A DNA stretch of 64,000 nt from an uncultured Gammaproteobacteria bacterium. Its GTDB lineage: Bacteria; Pseudomonadota; Gammaproteobacteria; Steroidobacterales; Rariloculaceae. The notes under the pieces were generated by a model. That model was not told the origin of the DNA, did not search any database, and was given only the letters and a program-made list of their open reading frames with translations. This document shows positions 48,976 through 58,108 of this stretch, in pieces. Numbering within the stretch: the stretch's first letter is position 1; each line of letters opens with the position of its first letter. Where the stretch lies: the NCBI GenBank assembly GCA_964465375.1, contig CAYXIJ010000004.1, positions 29,642 through 93,641 of the forward strand. Direction: 5' to 3'. The position numbers and the translations under genes were made by a program.

Positions 48976-50370
48976 CTAGGGTACAAATGTCTCCGTAGCA
49001 GCGTCACCCCTAGATATTACTGGCAATCTTCGCGGCAACAATTTGAGCTCCCTACGCAACCACATAAACGATGCAATTCCAAGTAACAGATGGGAGATGG
49101 CATTGGCCCAAAATATCCCACTAAGACCCAAAGTTGCCGATAGCAGCCAGGCTAAGGGAACATAAATCAGAAACATTTTTACAAAACTTAGCACTGCAGC
49201 TGGCATTGGGCGACCAAAAGCATTGAAACTAGAAAGCGCTACCATCATGACCCCAAAACCGCCTAAAGTAAAAGATACGATCCTGAAATAGGCAGATGCC
49301 GTATCAATAACCATTGGGTCATCACTAAAAAAAGTGCTGAGTGGTTGCGCAAACACAAACAAAAAAACCGCTGCTATCAATCCATAAGTGACACAGAAGC
49401 GATTAGACAAATGAACAGCCTGATTGACTCGGCTTATCTTGCCAGCACCAAAATTTTGGCCCACAAAGGGCCCTAGTGAGGACGATAAGGCAAAAATAAC
49501 AATCAATACGAATGACTCAACGCGTGACGCTACACCAAAACCCGCAACCGCAAAGGGTCCGAACCCCGCTACCAGCGCAGTAATGATGCCTATCGTAATA
49601 GGTGTGAGCAAATTGGTTGCAATTGCTGGTAATCCAATGTGGAGTAATCGCTGCCATGAGTCCCAAAGTTTCTCAAATTTTAAATGGCGAACATGAATCA
49701 AACGCTCACGGCGCGCCAAAATCGCAGTTGATGCTACAAGAGTTATTCCATTAGCAACAACCGTAGCGATTGCCGCGCCCTTTAACTCTAGGCGCGGAAA
49801 GCCCGCCAATCCAAAAATGAGCAACGGGTCCAAAATCACATTGATCGCAGCTGATATGCTTAAAATTATAGCTGGGACCATCGCATCCCCTGTGGCACGA
49901 ATCGCGAAATTTCCTAGCATTGGAACAATAGAGAAAACGGCACACAGAAAATAAATCTCCATATATTCTCGAATGAGGGGCAGGGTACGTTCATCTGCAC
50001 CTAACCCTTGGAAGACAGGTACAATCGTTGCAAGACCTAGCATGGTCAAAGCTACTCCCAACACAGTGCCTAACAGTAAAGCATGTGTGGTAATGCGCTG
50101 TACGGTGTCTCTGTCTCCACTACCTAACAATCGCGAGATTACTGAAGAGACGCCGATCCCAAGGCCTAAGCCTACAGAGATCATTGCGAAAGACACAGGA
50201 AAAGTAAATCCCATGGCAGCCAAGGGTAAAGTACCCAACTGGCTCACAAAATAAGTGTCAGCAACGCTAAAGGAATTAAGTGCAACAAATCCCACTGCCA
50301 TGGGTACAGCTAATCCACGCAAGTGCGTGCCAACATCTCCCGTGGCTAAACGAGCTAAATTAGACGACAC
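48976..50370 (-). CDS. MATE-family efflux transporter
   Basis: 464 aa protein with 12 TM segments and MATE-like repeats. It uses a GTG start. Confidence 0.88.
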   Translation of the reverse strand: MSSNLARLATGDVGTHLRGLAVPMAVGFVALNSFSVADTYFVSQLGTLPLAAMGFTFPVSFAMISVGLGLGIGVSSVISRLLGSGDRDTVQRITTHALLLGTVLGVALTMLGLATIVPVFQGLGADERTLPLIREYMEIYFLCAVFSIVPMLGNFAIRATGDAMVPAIILSISAAINVILDPLLIFGLAGFPRLELKGAAIATVVANGITLVASTAILARRERLIHVRHLKFEKLWDSWQRLLHIGLPAIATNLLTPITIGIITALVAGFGPFAVAGFGVASRVESFVLIVIFALSSSLGPFVGQNFGAGKISRVNQAVHLSNRFCVTYGLIAAVFLFVFAQPLSTFFSDDPMVIDTASAYFRIVSFTLGGFGVMMVALSSFNAFGRPMPAAVLSFVKMFLIYVPLAWLLSATLGLSGIFWANAISHLLLGIASFMWLRRELKLLPRRLPVISRGDAATETFVP

Positions 50371-50411
50371 TCGGAAAACTTCTGATGATCATTAGCAGAA
50401 GCGTAGAATAG

Positions 50412-50564
50412 CCTAAGTGTGGCATGCTCTGCATCCAGGCCCTGGCCGGCTATATGCACCCCGGTAAGCCCCAGGACGGTGTCAGGCTCCGTGCGGCAGA
50501 GCTGATGGGCAAGCACTACGGGCTTTTCACCAAAAAGCGATCTATTCTTCTACAAGCTTGGTAA
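50412..50564 (+). pseudogene. Possible relic of a phage terminase small-subunit gene (C-terminal fragment only)
   Basis: Short frame, below the track cutoff, giving ..MLCIQALAGYMHPGKPQDGVRLRAAELMGKHYGLFTKKRSILLQAW*. The RLRAAELMGKHYGLFT block resembles the conserved ..AAELLGKxxGLF.. C-terminal block I recall in terminase small subunits. The segment is locally GC-rich and lies in an intergenic region otherwise flanked by minus-strand genes. Confidence 0.3.
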
Positions 50565-50631
50565 CCCGTTCCTTTTTTTATCTTTGCTCATCTAGGCCGT
50601 GTCGTACGCTTTTCCTTTGCAAAACAACATG

Positions 50632-51339
50632 TCAATAAATTGGATCTAGCAGGTATATGAAACTGCGGCAGGCGGGGCGACGACCCCCGTATCTTCTTCG
50701 GTCCCAACTCTGATAACGAGAATCAATCAGCGCCTGTAAACTTGGGGCACGGAATAATTCGTCTGATACCTCCACTACCTCTGGCTCGACAATGTCTCCG
50801 CTAGGTTCCACGCCGAAACAAATCAAAACGCGACCTTCCAACCCTAGCCATATAGCTTCCCTCGGGTAACTTGGTGTCGCCATGACTGCGGGAATAATGC
50901 TGCGCGTATTCTCAGCCCCTGCAAGCACTTCCTCCAAGGCCCCGCTGGCGGTAATTTCCTCTTCACTCATTCGGGAACACCACCATCCTCCGACTAGCAT
51001 ACGCATTCGCCACTCACCACCCAGGGCCGTCCGACTCAAATCGCCCTTAAACTCACGTCCGGTCCGTGAGTCTTCAAAAACAAGATCGCCATCTTGTATT
51101 TGCCAACGAGAAAGTGGCGCCCATGGACGAGCTTTATCTTCGCTAGGTCGAGCTTGCCGAGTTGTGCCATCAGGATCAAAACGAAATTGCAAACGCTCAT
51201 CCCCAAAAGCAGGATCGCCATACAACACACAACTCCACGCACCCAGATAATCCACAGTGCCATCGAGCCCTTGTGCCGAACTATGCAAACTATGCAAAAT
51301 TAACAATGAGAAAAAGAGTAACGAGGTGCAAAATCGCAT
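50632..51339 (-). CDS. Secreted protein with a TonB-C-terminal-like domain
   Basis: Signal peptide. The C-terminal TPSYPREAIWLGLEGRVLICFGVEPSGDIVEPEVV matches the TonB_C pattern (P.YP..A...G.EG.V.v.F.V...G.V). Confidence 0.65.
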   Translation of the reverse strand: MRFCTSLLFFSLLILHSLHSSAQGLDGTVDYLGAWSCVLYGDPAFGDERLQFRFDPDGTTRQARPSEDKARPWAPLSRWQIQDGDLVFEDSRTGREFKGDLSRTALGGEWRMRMLVGGWWCSRMSEEEITASGALEEVLAGAENTRSIIPAVMATPSYPREAIWLGLEGRVLICFGVEPSGDIVEPEVVEVSDELFRAPSLQALIDSRYQSWDRRRYGGRRPACRSFIYLLDPIY

Positions 51340-51346
51340 ACGGGTA

Positions 51347-51832
51347 CTACTGGTGGTCCTCCATAATAACCCGGGGCCTAAAGCTTACTTCATTGATCAT
51401 GCCTTTTATTTGTTTCACCTGACGGGACCTCGGATTTATAGACGCAGCGGTATCAACATCAAATGTGGCTTCAGAGTACAAACCTTTAAGCAGGTAAGCA
51501 TAAGCCCTGTTGCTATAGGCTCGCCAATTACCGCCTACTAGAGCAAGTGATTCATTACAGAATTCAATCGCTACATCTACCTCCCCCTTCGCCGCATGAG
51601 CAGCGCAAAGATTGGAGTATGCAGATGCTCGATCTTCTGGAGACGTCATAAAGCGCTCCATTCCAAGATGCGTCAATCGAATACCCTCATCGTACTGGCC
51701 CATGGTAATAGCCCATGATCCTTGTGAAAGGTACTCGTTACCAGATCCCACAATCGTACGATTGTCCGTTTGAGTCCATAGGGGATCCATTAACAAGAAA
51801 ACAATAATTCCGACGAAAAATGAATAACCCAT
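51347..51832 (-). CDS. Tetratricopeptide-repeat protein with an N-terminal anchor or signal
   Basis: Hydrophobic N-terminus and TPR-like A/Y/L periodicity (AYSNLCAAHAAKGEVDVAIEFCNESL, AYSNRAYAYLLKGLYSEA). Confidence 0.65.
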   Translation of the reverse strand: MGYSFFVGIIVFLLMDPLWTQTDNRTIVGSGNEYLSQGSWAITMGQYDEGIRLTHLGMERFMTSPEDRASAYSNLCAAHAAKGEVDVAIEFCNESLALVGGNWRAYSNRAYAYLLKGLYSEATFDVDTAASINPRSRQVKQIKGMINEVSFRPRVIMEDHQ

Positions 51833-51940
51833 GCACCGCCCCCAGTTCGTTTAGTATAACACCGACGGGAACACTGATAGGCAAGATTTTTTCTATTAAA
51901 TCATATTAAAAACAATTATTTATAGATAATTTTCACAACC

Positions 51941-52924
51941 ATGAAAGCAATCGAAATTACAAAATTTGGAGGCCCCTCTGTATTAAAATTGACTGAGAGG
52001 CCAATCCCGGAACCAAAATCAGGTGAGGTACTGATTAAAGTAGCCGCGGCAGGAGTGAATAGGCCGGATAGCTTACAACGTCAGGGGCAGCATCCGCCTC
52101 CACCGGGTGCCTCGGATATCCCGGGCCTAGACGTAGCAGGGCAAGTCATTGATCTAGGGGAAGGTGTTACAGAGCTATACAAAGGTCAACACGTGTGTGC
52201 GCTCTTAGAAGGTGGGGGTTACGCAGAATACTGCACTGCGCAATGGGGTCAGTGTATTCCAGTCCCAGATGGCATGGACCTAATCACAGCAGCTGCAATT
52301 CCTGAGACCTATTTCACAGTTTGGACTAACGTCTTTGAACGCGGGCGCTTGAGTGCAGACGAAATATTTCTTGTGCACGGAGGTGCCAGTGGCATTGGTA
52401 CCACTGCCATTCAACTAGCAGTAGCCCACGGAGCACGTGTATTTTCCACGGCAGGCAAACAAGAAAAAAATTTTTTGTGTGAGCAACTTGGCGCAGAAAA
52501 ATCCTTTAACTACCGGCAAACTGATTTCAGGAAAGAATTGCTTTCATATCTTGGTGGGACCAAGGTTAACCTTATTCTAGATATTGTTGGCGGCTCCAGC
52601 TTTGAAGATAATCTCTCGCTTCTTGACAAAGAGGGCAGGCTAGTCATCGTTGCATTACTAGGTGGAGCCAATAGCCAAATAGACCTTTCACTGATCATGG
52701 CAAAACACCTCACCATCACTGGTTCTAGGCTTCGGCACCGAAAGCCCGAAGAAAAAAGAAGAATTGCGAGAACGTTGCGAAAAAAAGTCTGGCCCCTGCT
52801 TGAGGCAGGAACAATCAAGCCAATTATTCAGGCGACGTACCCACTCGAAGAAGCGCACAAGGCCCACTCGGTAATGGACTCTGATGGAACAATGGGTAAG
52901 CTTGTCCTGTTAATAGATTTGTAA
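51941..52924 (+). CDS. NAD(P)H:quinone oxidoreductase (MDR superfamily, Qor/PIG3-like)
   Basis: MDR fold with LVHGGASGIGTTAIQLA and no structural-zinc cysteines. Confidence 0.85.
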   Translation: MKAIEITKFGGPSVLKLTERPIPEPKSGEVLIKVAAAGVNRPDSLQRQGQHPPPPGASDIPGLDVAGQVIDLGEGVTELYKGQHVCALLEGGGYAEYCTAQWGQCIPVPDGMDLITAAAIPETYFTVWTNVFERGRLSADEIFLVHGGASGIGTTAIQLAVAHGARVFSTAGKQEKNFLCEQLGAEKSFNYRQTDFRKELLSYLGGTKVNLILDIVGGSSFEDNLSLLDKEGRLVIVALLGGANSQIDLSLIMAKHLTITGSRLRHRKPEEKRRIARTLRKKVWPLLEAGTIKPIIQATYPLEEAHKAHSVMDSDGTMGKLVLLIDL

Positions 52925-52936
52925 GGAACACCTGTA

Positions 52937-54136
52937 GTGACCGAAGTTTCTGAAGCTGAATCATTGATCTTGGAGTGCGTCCCTACGCTTGGTACGCTAA
53001 CCATATCACTAGCTGACGCACTCGGGGCTGTACTGCGTCAAGACGTTTTCGCTGATCGTGATCACCCCCCATTCCACCGAGTAACGATGGATGGCATAGC
53101 AATCGCCTATCAGGACTGGGGAGCTGGAAAGAGCACTTATCAAATCTTAGGTACCCAAGGGGCGGGTATGCTCCCGATGAAACTCACAGAAACCGGTCAG
53201 TGTGTTGAAATAATGACTGGGGCCGCCTTGCCGGAAGGCGCTGACACTGTGGTTCCGATTGAACGAGTCAAAATAAAAGGCAACAAAGCCAAAATTGATC
53301 GTGATACATCAATAGCTGAACGACAATTTATCCATTCCCGTGGCTCGGATCGTGTTGCAGGAAGTCAACTAATTCATGCAGGATCCCGAATCGGTCCAAA
53401 AGAGATGGCTGTACTTGCCAGCGCCGGCTATGCGCAAATAACGGTCTCTAGATTGGCTAAAGTTGCTGTAATCTCGACTGGAGATGAGTTGGTAGGCGTG
53501 GAAGAGCCCATACAACCGTATCAGATACGATCAACTAATGGTCGAGCGATAGAAGCAAGTCTTGCCCAACATCAGCTAGCTCAAGCCACTCGGGTCCGAT
53601 TAAAGGATGAACGGACAAAAATGCTTAGCTCTATTCGTGCACTACACCACGACAATGATTTTCTAATCTTAAGTGGTGGAGTTTCTATGGGAAAATACGA
53701 TTTTGTGCCAGCAGTATTAGAGGACCTTGGGGTAAATCTTGTCTTTCATCGTATTGAGCAGCACCCTGGACGCCCCATGTGGTTCGGTGTAAGTGATGAA
53801 AATAAGCCAGTTTTTGCTCTACCTGGAAATCCAGTGTCGACGCTTGTCTGTCTAACGCGCTACGTACTTCCTGCACTACGTCAAGCATTAGGACTAAAAC
53901 CCATTAATCATCAAATGGTGACCTTAGGGGAGGATGTAAAGTTTTCTGCAAACCTCACGTACTTTCTACCTGTAAAGTTAAATCTATCGAATAAAGGCTT
54001 GGGAGCTGCCTTACCAAGGCCCACGAATACCTCAGGTGACTTCCTTTCCCTTGCAGATACCGACGGATTCGTCCAGCTGCCCAAAGGGCAAAGCCATTTC
54101 AAAAAAGATACGGCTTCAGTTTTTTTTCAATGGTAG
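52937..54136 (+). CDS. moeA: Molybdopterin molybdotransferase
   Basis: MoeA layout with PPFHRVTMDGIAI, the MoCF-binding domain (VISTGDELV; LILSGGVSMGKYD) and the C-terminal domain. It uses a GTG start. Confidence 0.88.
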   Translation: MTEVSEAESLILECVPTLGTLTISLADALGAVLRQDVFADRDHPPFHRVTMDGIAIAYQDWGAGKSTYQILGTQGAGMLPMKLTETGQCVEIMTGAALPEGADTVVPIERVKIKGNKAKIDRDTSIAERQFIHSRGSDRVAGSQLIHAGSRIGPKEMAVLASAGYAQITVSRLAKVAVISTGDELVGVEEPIQPYQIRSTNGRAIEASLAQHQLAQATRVRLKDERTKMLSSIRALHHDNDFLILSGGVSMGKYDFVPAVLEDLGVNLVFHRIEQHPGRPMWFGVSDENKPVFALPGNPVSTLVCLTRYVLPALRQALGLKPINHQMVTLGEDVKFSANLTYFLPVKLNLSNKGLGAALPRPTNTSGDFLSLADTDGFVQLPKGQSHFKKDTASVFFQW

Positions 54137-54193
54137 AAGGAACCACAAACACGCCGCAAAGTAACTGAGGGACAAAGCGCAATTAGTCCCAAT

Positions 54194-55267
54194 TTAACCA
54201 TTCGTTAGTATCCCGCCTGTTCCGCCATTTAGAGTTGCCTGAATCTCAGCAAGCAACGCGAGTGCAATAGATTCAGGCGAATCAGCTCCGATGTCTAGGC
54301 CCACGGGGCCTCTGATTCTGCCCTTAAGCCCCTCGCCAACGTCGCCAAGCTCATCTAGCATCCGATCCCGCCGTGCCTTTGGCCCAAGTACACCGAGATA
54401 GGCCGCTTTTATTGTGGATACCTTCTTGAGATAAATCTTATCTGTAGCTAAGTGGTGGCTCATTATGATGACAGCATCAAACTTGCTTAAATTGAGCTCA
54501 ACATCTAGAACTTGGGGATCAACGAGCATCACCTGATCTGCCTGAGAAAAAACGCCCTTCTCTAAATAAGCAGGACGATGATCGACAACAGTAACTAGCC
54601 ACCCCAACTCGGCTGCCATATTAACCACCGGGACCGAATCCAATCCAGCGCCCAGAACCAACAAATTGGGCACAGTTGAAACTGGAGCGTAAAGAACAAG
54701 TAGCCCATTTTCCTGAGTTTTACAATGTGCCTCTCCCGAGCCATACACAACCTCACACTGGCTTGCCATCATTTCGGCAATTTCTTCACCAATATGCCAG
54801 CATTCAATGTGATTTGGCTCCCAGATAAGAGTTGCGCCCGCGAGAATACGTGGATTATCACTCCCTATAACCGTAGCTACAGCTGCAGGACGATTTGCAA
54901 GCAGCCGTTCCGAAATGCCAGCAAAGGGTTGGTAGTTTTCTGTAGCGCTTAATGGCTGGAGAAAAACCCGAATGAGTCCATTGCAGCCGACACCGAGTCC
55001 CCAAAGATCGTCGGCCTCGTCCCTCATATCGTAGGTCACCGCCTCGGGCCTTCTAGAGGCAAGAACAGACCCAGCGCGTTCGGCCAAATCACCCTCCAAA
55101 CAACCGCCGCTTACAAGTCCCTGATAGTCTCCATTGGCCGCTATCACAATCTGATGCCCGGCTTTAGTATAAGTTGATCCAACTGTTTCATATACAGTTG
55201 CCAACACCATAGACTCACCAGCACCTTGCCACGCCTCAAAACTGTGTATTGTTCGTCTTATGCTCAT
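54194..55267 (-). CDS. XdhC/CoxI-family molybdoenzyme maturation factor
   Basis: N-terminal XdhC_CoxI region and a C-terminal Rossmann-like region (LLVLGAGLDSVPV). I trimmed the start to the ATG at 55267 (MSIRRTIH); the ORF is open to 55372. Confidence 0.8.
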   Translation of the reverse strand: MSIRRTIHSFEAWQGAGESMVLATVYETVGSTYTKAGHQIVIAANGDYQGLVSGGCLEGDLAERAGSVLASRRPEAVTYDMRDEADDLWGLGVGCNGLIRVFLQPLSATENYQPFAGISERLLANRPAAVATVIGSDNPRILAGATLIWEPNHIECWHIGEEIAEMMASQCEVVYGSGEAHCKTQENGLLVLYAPVSTVPNLLVLGAGLDSVPVVNMAAELGWLVTVVDHRPAYLEKGVFSQADQVMLVDPQVLDVELNLSKFDAVIIMSHHLATDKIYLKKVSTIKAAYLGVLGPKARRDRMLDELGDVGEGLKGRIRGPVGLDIGADSPESIALALLAEIQATLNGGTGGILTNG

Positions 55268-55443
55268 ACAGAGGAATGGAGCATAACAGCAACCGTTATT
55301 ACGTGGACTATTCGGTATTGCAGAATGGAGCTTTAAGCAAGGCTTGAAGGATTTTTTTGTTGCGCCAGTCAATTTCCAGCCTTAGACTGCCATCCCCCTG
55401 CCAGTTAGCACATTGGTAGCACATAAAATGAAAGGAAAAACAC

Positions 55444-56022
55444 ATGAATCAGCCCAGTAGAAAAGATGCTGAGCAAGCTGTAAGAACCCTATTGGACTGG
55501 GCAGGAGATGACCCAGATCGAGAGGGCCTAAAAGACACGCCTGGCCGAGTAGTCCGTGCTTTCGAAGACTGGTTTAGTGGCTATAGAGAGGATCCGATCG
55601 ACTTCCTTCGACGCACCTTTTACCAAGTTGATGGATATGACGAGATGATTGTACTGCGGGATATTACTTTTGAATCCCACTGCGAGCATCATATGGCACC
55701 AATAATCGGTAAGGCTCACATAGGCTATCTACCGAATAAGAATGTGGTGGGCATTAGCAAGCTTGCAAGAGTGGTAGAGACTTTCTCTCGGAGGTTGCAG
55801 GTGCAAGAAACCATGACTGCTCAAATAGCAAACTGCATCCAAGATGTCCTGGAGCCTAAAGGTGTCGGCGTCGTGGTTGAGGGCTCTCACCAATGCATGA
55901 CTACACGGGGTATCCATAAGGAGGGGGTTGCCATGATCACAAGTCGTCTATTGGGGGACTTCCGTTCTGATCCGCGTACCCGTTCAGAATTTTTAAACAT
56001 CATCGGCCGCCTCAACAGTTAG
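55444..56022 (+). CDS. folE: GTP cyclohydrolase I
   Basis: [11 protein letters not shown] and [10 protein letters not shown] motifs. Confidence 0.93.
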   Translation: MNQPSRKDAEQAVRTLLDWAGDDPDREGLKDTPGRVVRAFEDWFSGYREDPIDFLRRTFYQVDGYDEMIVLRDITFESHCEHHMAPIIGKAHIGYLPNKNVVGISKLARVVETFSRRLQVQETMTAQIANCIQDVLEPKGVGVVVEGSHQCMTTRGIHKEGVAMITSRLLGDFRSDPRTRSEFLNIIGRLNS

Positions 56023-56303
56023 ACAATCCAAAACTCCACTCTTGAAGCTGCACTTCATTCTCTGGGATCAGGTCAGGCTTAGTATTGAGGCGGTTGCAAG
56101 GGCCCCTCTTTTCGGGCTAGGCAAATCTCCAGACTAATCCCAATTTTTGGGCTTCCTATTTGGTCGACTTGCAAAATATTTCACCAAAAAATATTGTCAA
56201 CACTGGCTCACGAGCAAGCGAGTAGCGCCATGTGTCTCATTTTCATTGACAAGCCAGTCTAGCGCGTGGCTACATCAAGCCCCAGTCAGCTCTGGAGATA
56301 AAG

Positions 56304-56984
56304 ATGGGGGAACTCGACCTAGGGCCCGTTTGGCTCAGCGTGCAGCTAGCTACGGTGACCGTGGTCGTACTTCTGGTAGTAGGCACGCCTCTCGCCTGGT
56401 GGCTAGCTTTCACTCGGTTACGCGCCCGCGCCTTGGTAGAAGCCTTGGTAGCACTTCCACTAGTACTCCCCCCCACTGTACTGGGCTTCTATCTTTTGAT
56501 TCTATTGGGGCCTGCGGGACCAATTGGCCGGTTTTGGGTGCAAATCACTGACACAACTCTAACCTTTTCGTTTTCAGGCCTGGTCATTGCTTCAGTACTT
56601 TATTCACTCCCCTTTACCGTCCAGCCATTACAAAATGCATTTGAAGCGATGGGGAACGGTCCATTAGAGACTGCCGCAACTTTGCGTGCTTCGCCTCTAG
56701 ACGCTTTCTTCAGTGTGGCCTCCCCTATAGCTATGCGGGCCTATATATCGGCTGTGGTGCTTAGTTTTGCTCATACTTTAGGAGAGTTTGGTGCCGTACT
56801 TATGGTTGGTGGCAACATTCCCGGGACAACCAAAGTGATCTCAATCGCAATCTACGAACATGTAGAAACTCTTAATTACGCACAGGCTCATACACTTTCT
56901 GCTGGCCTTTTGGCTTTCTCCTTCATCACATTGCTCGGAGTTTACATAATCAACCGGCGTAATCTGCTAAATCGCGCACCATGA
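56304..56984 (+). CDS. modB: Molybdate ABC transporter permease
   Basis: Five or six TM segments and the EAA-type loop LETAATLRASPLDAFFSV. It overlaps modC by 4 nt, and GGAG lies upstream of the ATG. Confidence 0.88.
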   Translation: MGELDLGPVWLSVQLATVTVVVLLVVGTPLAWWLAFTRLRARALVEALVALPLVLPPTVLGFYLLILLGPAGPIGRFWVQITDTTLTFSFSGLVIASVLYSLPFTVQPLQNAFEAMGNGPLETAATLRASPLDAFFSVASPIAMRAYISAVVLSFAHTLGEFGAVLMVGGNIPGTTKVISIAIYEHVETLNYAQAHTLSAGLLAFSFITLLGVYIINRRNLLNRAP

Positions 56985-58072
56985 CCAACCTCACCCTCAC
57001 AGTAAAGTTTAAAAAAGGTGATTTTTCTCTATTTGTGGAAGAAAACATTCCTCTCGAAAACGTCACAGCACTTTTTGGAGAGAGTGGAAGCGGCAAAACT
57101 ACCCTACTCAGAATTATTGCCGGGCTAGAAAAAAAAGCATGGGGTAAAGTAGCCCTTGGAAAAGCTTGCTGGCAAAATAATGAAACAAAAATTTTTTTGC
57201 CTCCCCACAAACGAAGCGTAGGTTACGTATTTCAAGACAATCGTCTATTCAATCATTTGAATGTTGAAGGAAATTTAAGGTTTGGACACAACAGATCAGA
57301 AGTAAAGAATAGGGTGCGTTTTGAGGACGTCGTAGACGCCCTGGATTTAAGCGATCTACTTTTAAGAACACCTCATTCCCTTTCTGGCGGAGAAAAACAA
57401 TTAGTATCTATAGGTAGGGCACTTCTAAGTAGCCCCGAACTACTCCTCATGGACGAACCCTTATCGGCCTTAGATGCAAAAAGGAAGGCCGAAGTTATAC
57501 CTTACATCGAACAGCTTCCCTCTAACTTTTCTATACCTGTGCTCTACGTTACGCACAACCTAGAAGAAGTTACGCGACTAGCCCCCAACATGCTGCTCCT
57601 CTCTGAGGGAAAAATTGCGGGTAAAGGAAAGGTAGAAAATTTACTTGAGCGAATTGATCTTTGGTCGGTTACTGGACGCTTGGCGGCTGGCTCCGTATTG
57701 AATGCCAAAGTAAAAACACATCTTTTGGATTGGGGCGCGACTGTCCTAACAGTTGCAGACCATGAATTACGGATTCCGGCCATAAATGCTTCCCCAGGAA
57801 CACTTGTAAGGCTGAGGGTCCAAGCCAAGGACGTAGCTTTGGCTACACAAAAACCGGTGGGCTTAAGTATCCGAAATATTTTATCAGCCCAGATCCTCTC
57901 GATTGATATAGAGGAAGATGTTTTTGCTGAGGTGCTGCTAGACATCGGGGGAACAAATTTAAGGGCTCGCGTAACCCGAGAAGCGATAGATGATCTCAAA
58001 TTGACTACTGGCCGAAAAGTATATGCACTAATTAAAAGTGTCGTATTTGAAGGACAATTATTTGCAAAATGA
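56981..58072 (+). CDS. modC: Molybdate ABC transporter ATP-binding protein with a C-terminal TOBE/Mop domain
   Basis: GESGSGKTT, LSGGEKQ and LLMDEP motifs, plus a C-terminal regulatory domain of about 130 aa. Confidence 0.88.
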   Translation: MTNLTLTVKFKKGDFSLFVEENIPLENVTALFGESGSGKTTLLRIIAGLEKKAWGKVALGKACWQNNETKIFLPPHKRSVGYVFQDNRLFNHLNVEGNLRFGHNRSEVKNRVRFEDVVDALDLSDLLLRTPHSLSGGEKQLVSIGRALLSSPELLLMDEPLSALDAKRKAEVIPYIEQLPSNFSIPVLYVTHNLEEVTRLAPNMLLLSEGKIAGKGKVENLLERIDLWSVTGRLAAGSVLNAKVKTHLLDWGATVLTVADHELRIPAINASPGTLVRLRVQAKDVALATQKPVGLSIRNILSAQILSIDIEEDVFAEVLLDIGGTNLRARVTREAIDDLKLTTGRKVYALIKSVVFEGQLFAK

Positions 58073-58108
58073 TTCTCAAAACACCGCCATCATAGGTGGT
58101 TAAATCGA

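Noticed and set aside
50421-50530. A three-way-junction-like fold (GCTCTGC...GCAGAGC enclosing CCTGG/CCGG and ACGG/CCGT hairpins). I considered SRP RNA, 6S RNA, and a guanidine or other riboswitch for the MATE exporter.
   Set aside because: There is no match to the SRP GGAAG..AGCAG core, to the ykkC CTAGGGTTCCG / ACGR features, or to 6S architecture. The region reads better as a coding relic (see the terminase-like finding). The question is still open without cmscan.
55406-55423. Tandem TAGCACA repeat (11-nt period) just upstream of folE, and GAATGGAGC repeated at about 55273 and 55322.
   Set aside because: These are short repeats that could easily arise by chance. The second pair may lie inside the xdhC-like coding region if its longer start is used. 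No known operator pattern matches.
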